The notes below the pieces were generated by a model. It saw nothing but the letters and a program-made list of their open reading frames with translations. It was not told the origin of the DNA and ran no database searches. From the NCBI RefSeq assembly GCF_009914755.1, contig NC_060940.1: a stretch of DNA of 64,000 nucleotides. One strand, given 5' to 3'. The translations under genes and the position numbers were made by a program. The stretch is from the human T2T-CHM13v2.0 reference genome, Homo sapiens. Positions 58,954 through 64,000 of this stretch are shown here, piece by piece. Numbering within the stretch: the stretch's first letter is position 1; every line of letters starts with the position of its first letter.

Positions 58954-60671
58954 GTGGAGCTAATAAAAGTTGCGTTTCTGTAAGTGTATGATTTTTTTTC
59001 CTTTTAGTAAAATTGAAAATTATGCAATAATAATTTCTCCCTTCCCTGGGCCACTAGGGAACTCAGAACAAATGTTATCACTGTCATGGTGTTGTGTAGT
59101 CAAAGACCACTGGGCTTTGGCAACAGAAAGGAAGAACATGGAAGAGGAGAGGTTGGAGTATTTATGGAGCATTTACTATGGACCAGGCCTTGTGCCAGTT
59201 CTGCCCTTTTACACGGCCCTCTCCTCAGCCCCAGAGCAGCTCTAAAAAGCACGTAATATTTCCCTTTTTGCAGTGAGTACCCCAGCCCTCAAGTGGTCCC
59301 TGCTGAGAGCAACTGGTCCTGTCCTCCAACTTTAATTCTTCAAATGAGCCCCCCCTAGCTGGGGTGAGACACAGGCACTGCGGACCCCAGGGACATCCCT
59401 TTTAGCAACTTGGGGTTCTGTTTAAGGCAGAGAGCACAACAAGGAAGAGGGGCATAGGAGGGCTCCCATCACCCTCACCTTCTACCCAAGTGACCTTGGC
59501 AAAGCCACTTGTCCTGGGCACGGGCATGCATCTGCTAAGTGGGCAGTGGATGTTGCTTGCTCTGGACACCCCAGAGTTTCAGAGCATGGGAGGAATGGGC
59601 CAATGCTTTCCCAGGACTTGGCATTCTCCTGCGTGCCCTGGGTGTCCACCATTAATTCGCTGGCAGTTGGGTTCATGGTACAGTGTCTAACCTGACGAGT
59701 ACAAAGTTGAAAAGGGCAACTTGAGGAAGCAGACAGAGGCTGGGCTCCTTGTCTTATTGCCCCCCCAGCTGTGTGACCAGGGCTCCACTTCCCTCCTCTG
59801 TAAAAAGGGCATATAATGATACCTGCCCACTAGGTGTTGGGTCCATGCCATGAGATGATGCCCTTAGAATACTTCCCCATGCCTGGCATGTGGCAAACTT
59901 GCAGCAGCCAGCACCAGCCGGCTTGTCATGATCATGTGTTTGAAGCCTGTTCCGAATCATAGTGTCATGGGAATGGGAAAGGCCATTATCATTTGTATTC
60001 AATGCAGACAGAGCAGTGATGATAAACCTAAGCTTGGGTATTACCTCTGAAGTAATTGGAGACCAAAGTGTGGGATTTGCTTTGAGGTCATCAAAGAGAG
60101 AATGCATTTACAAACTAGCAGGTTAAAGTTAACATAAACTGGAAATCATGAGGAAATTAAGGATATCACTTTAAATTAACCATCTTAAGTAGACAAGTAC
60201 TCTAAATGTGATAAGACAGCTATGGCACTTTAAGTCAATGCCAATTGGTAATTAAAAGCGGATTTTTTTCAGGCTTAGCTGCCCAGGAGGAGAGATCAAT
60301 GTCTTCATACAGGAACTGCTGGTCCTCAGGAGGTATGGTTTCATTAGCCCAGGGCCCCACTTGCCCTCCACTTGGCAATAATAATAATTTGTTCTTGTAA
60401 TGAAATAATATTCCTTTACTGCAAATGCAGTGTGCACAGGAGTTCCAATGCGACCCTGAGTACGACCTGATATGGTGACGATTTCATGGAATTCTGGAAT
60501 CCCAGAGCTGGAAGGTATGGAAGTCAGGTCAAGCCCCACTTCTTCACTTCAGAGATGTCACCAGGGGTTTGTAGAGTTGTTCATGGACCTAGAAGCACCT
60601 AGCTGTAAACTTCTGGGAGGTTCCAGGAAACATTGAATGGAAGTGTTTCCAGGTAGCTGGATATCCAGTTT

Positions 60672-60868
60672 TGCTCTTCCCTCCCTCCTTCCCTCCCTTT
60701 CTCCCTTCTTCCTCTTTTCTTCTTCTCTTCTTCCTTCTCTTTCTCCTCCTCCTCCTCTTCCTTCATCTTCCTGGTCCTTCCTCTTCCTTCTGTTTCTCCT
60801 CATTCTTCCTTTTCTTCCTCTTCTTCCTTCTTCTCCTTTTTTCTCCTCTCCCTCCTCCTCTCCTCCTA
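60672..60868. repeat. Polypyrimidine (CT-rich) low-complexity tract
   Basis: About 195 bp almost purely C/T. Confidence 0.9.
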
Positions 60869-61807
60869 AACATCCCAACCCACTTATGGTGAATGCCCTA
60901 CTGCCCATATGCAACCTCAGTCTTCTAGCTAAGTCAGCTTGCCCAGCCTTCTTGGGACATCCGGTACCTGTTCTAACCTGGCATTCCTTGTGGCTGAACC
61001 TCTGGAAGCACTTGGGGAGGGTGGCAGCAGGCGTGGGCCTCAGGGTAGACACCCAGAGCCATGTCCTTGGTTTTCCTATCAGATGATGGTTTTACCTTCA
61101 AGTAATTGAAAGTTACTTACCTTTTGACTCCACTTTACCTGTCTGCAAAGATGACCAAATGTAAGAGGTGGCTTTATCTTTGGTTGTCGCCTCCAAGAAG
61201 ACTCCAAAAGAGTCCTAATATACAAAAAACATCCTAAAGCCCTACTGAGCCCCTGTTCTGGGAGCTGGCTACAGGACCCCCTGATGTGAGGGGTTTTAGC
61301 CATCTCTAGTCTGCCACGGGTGATGCCACTGGGCACCCACTGGGCACTTGGACACTGGGTTCTCTTCCCAGGCCCAGGGCTCTGGGGTAGGGAGCCAGTG
61401 CCCTGGATCCCCAAAAGTTGTGTGGGTGAATCCAGGGGTGGCACCTCAGTTTTTAAGTCAGTACAGACAGGCAAGCTGAAACCTAATTGGATGGAGCTGC
61501 CATTGGAAACAGTTTCCGCAGATTGCAGGGATCCACAGCTTCCGCGGATTGCAGGGATCCACAGAGTGGTGCTTCTCCAAGGCCACACCTACAATTCTGT
61601 TTTAAATGATCGGGGCTACAGTTCACGGACACACTACACACGAAGGCAGGACACTGGAGAGGAGAACTTATTGTGCTCATGGATTGAAGACCATGAAAAT
61701 GCGATACGTGTTCACTCTGGGGCTTTCTCTTTGGCTGTCTTGGTCGCTCTCCATCTCTTTCTTTCTGTCTGTCTCTCTGTCTGCATGTGTGCACTTCTCT
61801 CTCCCTA

Positions 61808-62099
<292 letters not shown>

Positions 62100-62490
62100 T
62101 CTATCTCTTTTTTGTCCCTTGTCTTTCCTTTCCTCTTCCCCACCCTGCTTTCTCCTTCCCCGCACCTATCCGTCTCCCTGAGCCTCTCTCCCGTCTCTCT
62201 GACAGTCTGTTCCACCCTCTGATACCATGCATCAAACTTCAGATCTAGAGTCCCCTGACTTCTTCAACACACTCTATCCTGGCCGCCAGCATATGAGTCC
62301 CTGGAGCCCCACAGCTGCCTACACTAATACAGGAGGCTTCATGTGGAAATGAGTGAAGTTTGGACAGCTCTCGCCTTGGCTCTGGCCAACTCCATCCAGT
62401 CCAAAAATGCACAAACCACTCACTCACAGGAGAATAATACATTACAGAAAAAAGAAATAAACTCATGTGTCTCTGTTAACACTGGACTTT

Positions 62491-62811
<321 letters not shown>

Positions 62812-63031
62812 AACACTGGACTTTCTTCTAGCAAAACGTGTCTCCTGCATCAACCAAGGGATGCATTGTGCACTTGCAGCTGAAGCTCAGATATGTGGGC
62901 TTGTTGTGTTTAATGTTTGGAGGAGAAGTCAACTGAGGAAAATTCTAAAGAAAAAGTTAACATTTCTGGAGCCTCTCCTTGCCATGCACAAGCGTGCAGG
63001 GTCTAACAGTGAGGGTGTCTCGGGAGCATGA

Positions 63032-63301
<270 letters not shown>

Positions 63302-63955
63302 GATGGCGGAATCTTTGCGGATTGCATTAAGTGCCTAGACTCACAGCACCAGCTCCCACAATGTGGCATAAAGATAAAAAAAAAAGAAAAAGAAAAAAAA
63401 GAAAACGAAAGCCAGGTTGAGCAAGAAACTACAAACAGTGTAATCCAATTTTTTAAGTGACAAATGCACAGAGAAAGCCTCTTGGAAGGAGGAAAGCATT
63501 GATTCCTGACCACCCGTAGGAGCCTCTGAACGCCGTTTATCTTGTTATCTTGGGGTCTTCCTGTCGTATCTATAGTAGGAACTGTTTACTTTCACAGCAG
63601 TGGGTACTATTATTAGCATCTTGTTTGAAATGAGAAAACTGAGGCAGAGAGAGATTAAATGACCTGGACTCCTGTGGTTAACTCCAGAATCTACGTGCTT
63701 AGCCCTACCCTTGATCAGATGACAGGCGCTATTTGCTAAGATAAGTTGTTGTCCCCGGGGGTTGGGATTACAGATGGTGTTTTTTCCCTTTTTCTTTTTG
63801 TATATATGTACTCTTTTTTTTTTTTAATGGTGAGCATACACCAACAGAATAATAAGCAAAGAAACAATAAAACGATCTAAGCACTGAGGGCAAGTGAAGC
63901 CTCCTTGGCCAGCATTATCCACAGTGCTGTCACACTGGTAGAAATTACTGTGATA

Positions 63956-64000
63956 CGAGGTCAGGAGATCGAGATCATCCTGGCCAACATGGTGAAACCT
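63956..64000 (+). mobile_element. 5'-truncated Alu running off the window
   Basis: cgaggtcaggagatcgagatcatcctggccaacatggtgaaacc. Confidence 0.85.

Noticed and set aside
60558-61086. Charged or hydrophobic ORFs resembling membrane or nuclear proteins
   Set aside because: Derived from the CT-rich low-complexity tract

Overview
Primate (human or great-ape-like) nuclear DNA dominated by interspersed repeats. No host protein-coding exon is recognisable. Main elements: a full-length but dead L1PA2-type LINE-1 with target-site duplications (TSDs) at 11736-17770; a 5'-truncated L1PA; a compact two-LTR HERV-H provirus with LTR7B-type LTRs (27664-31035), in which gag is replaced by an expanded 64-bp tandem array; an RNY4 retropseudogene; about 11 Alus; MaLR LTRs, MIRs, DNA-transposon relics and microsatellites. 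A CpG island at about 36.2-37.4 kb looks like the promoter of a plus-strand gene with long introns (identity not assignable from this window), and a second CpG-rich element lies at about 53.6-54.2 kb. Structures not explained by standard repeats: a ~150-bp-arm inverted repeat enclosing a MIR (25142-25632), a minisatellite with a 120-bp higher-order period (45112-45541), a decayed 193-bp tandem duplication, and a well-formed antisense micro-exon. I found no convincing wholly new biological system. The best leads are the HERV-H VNTR with LTR asymmetry and these structural repeats. Repeat family calls are from recalled consensus sequences, not database searches.
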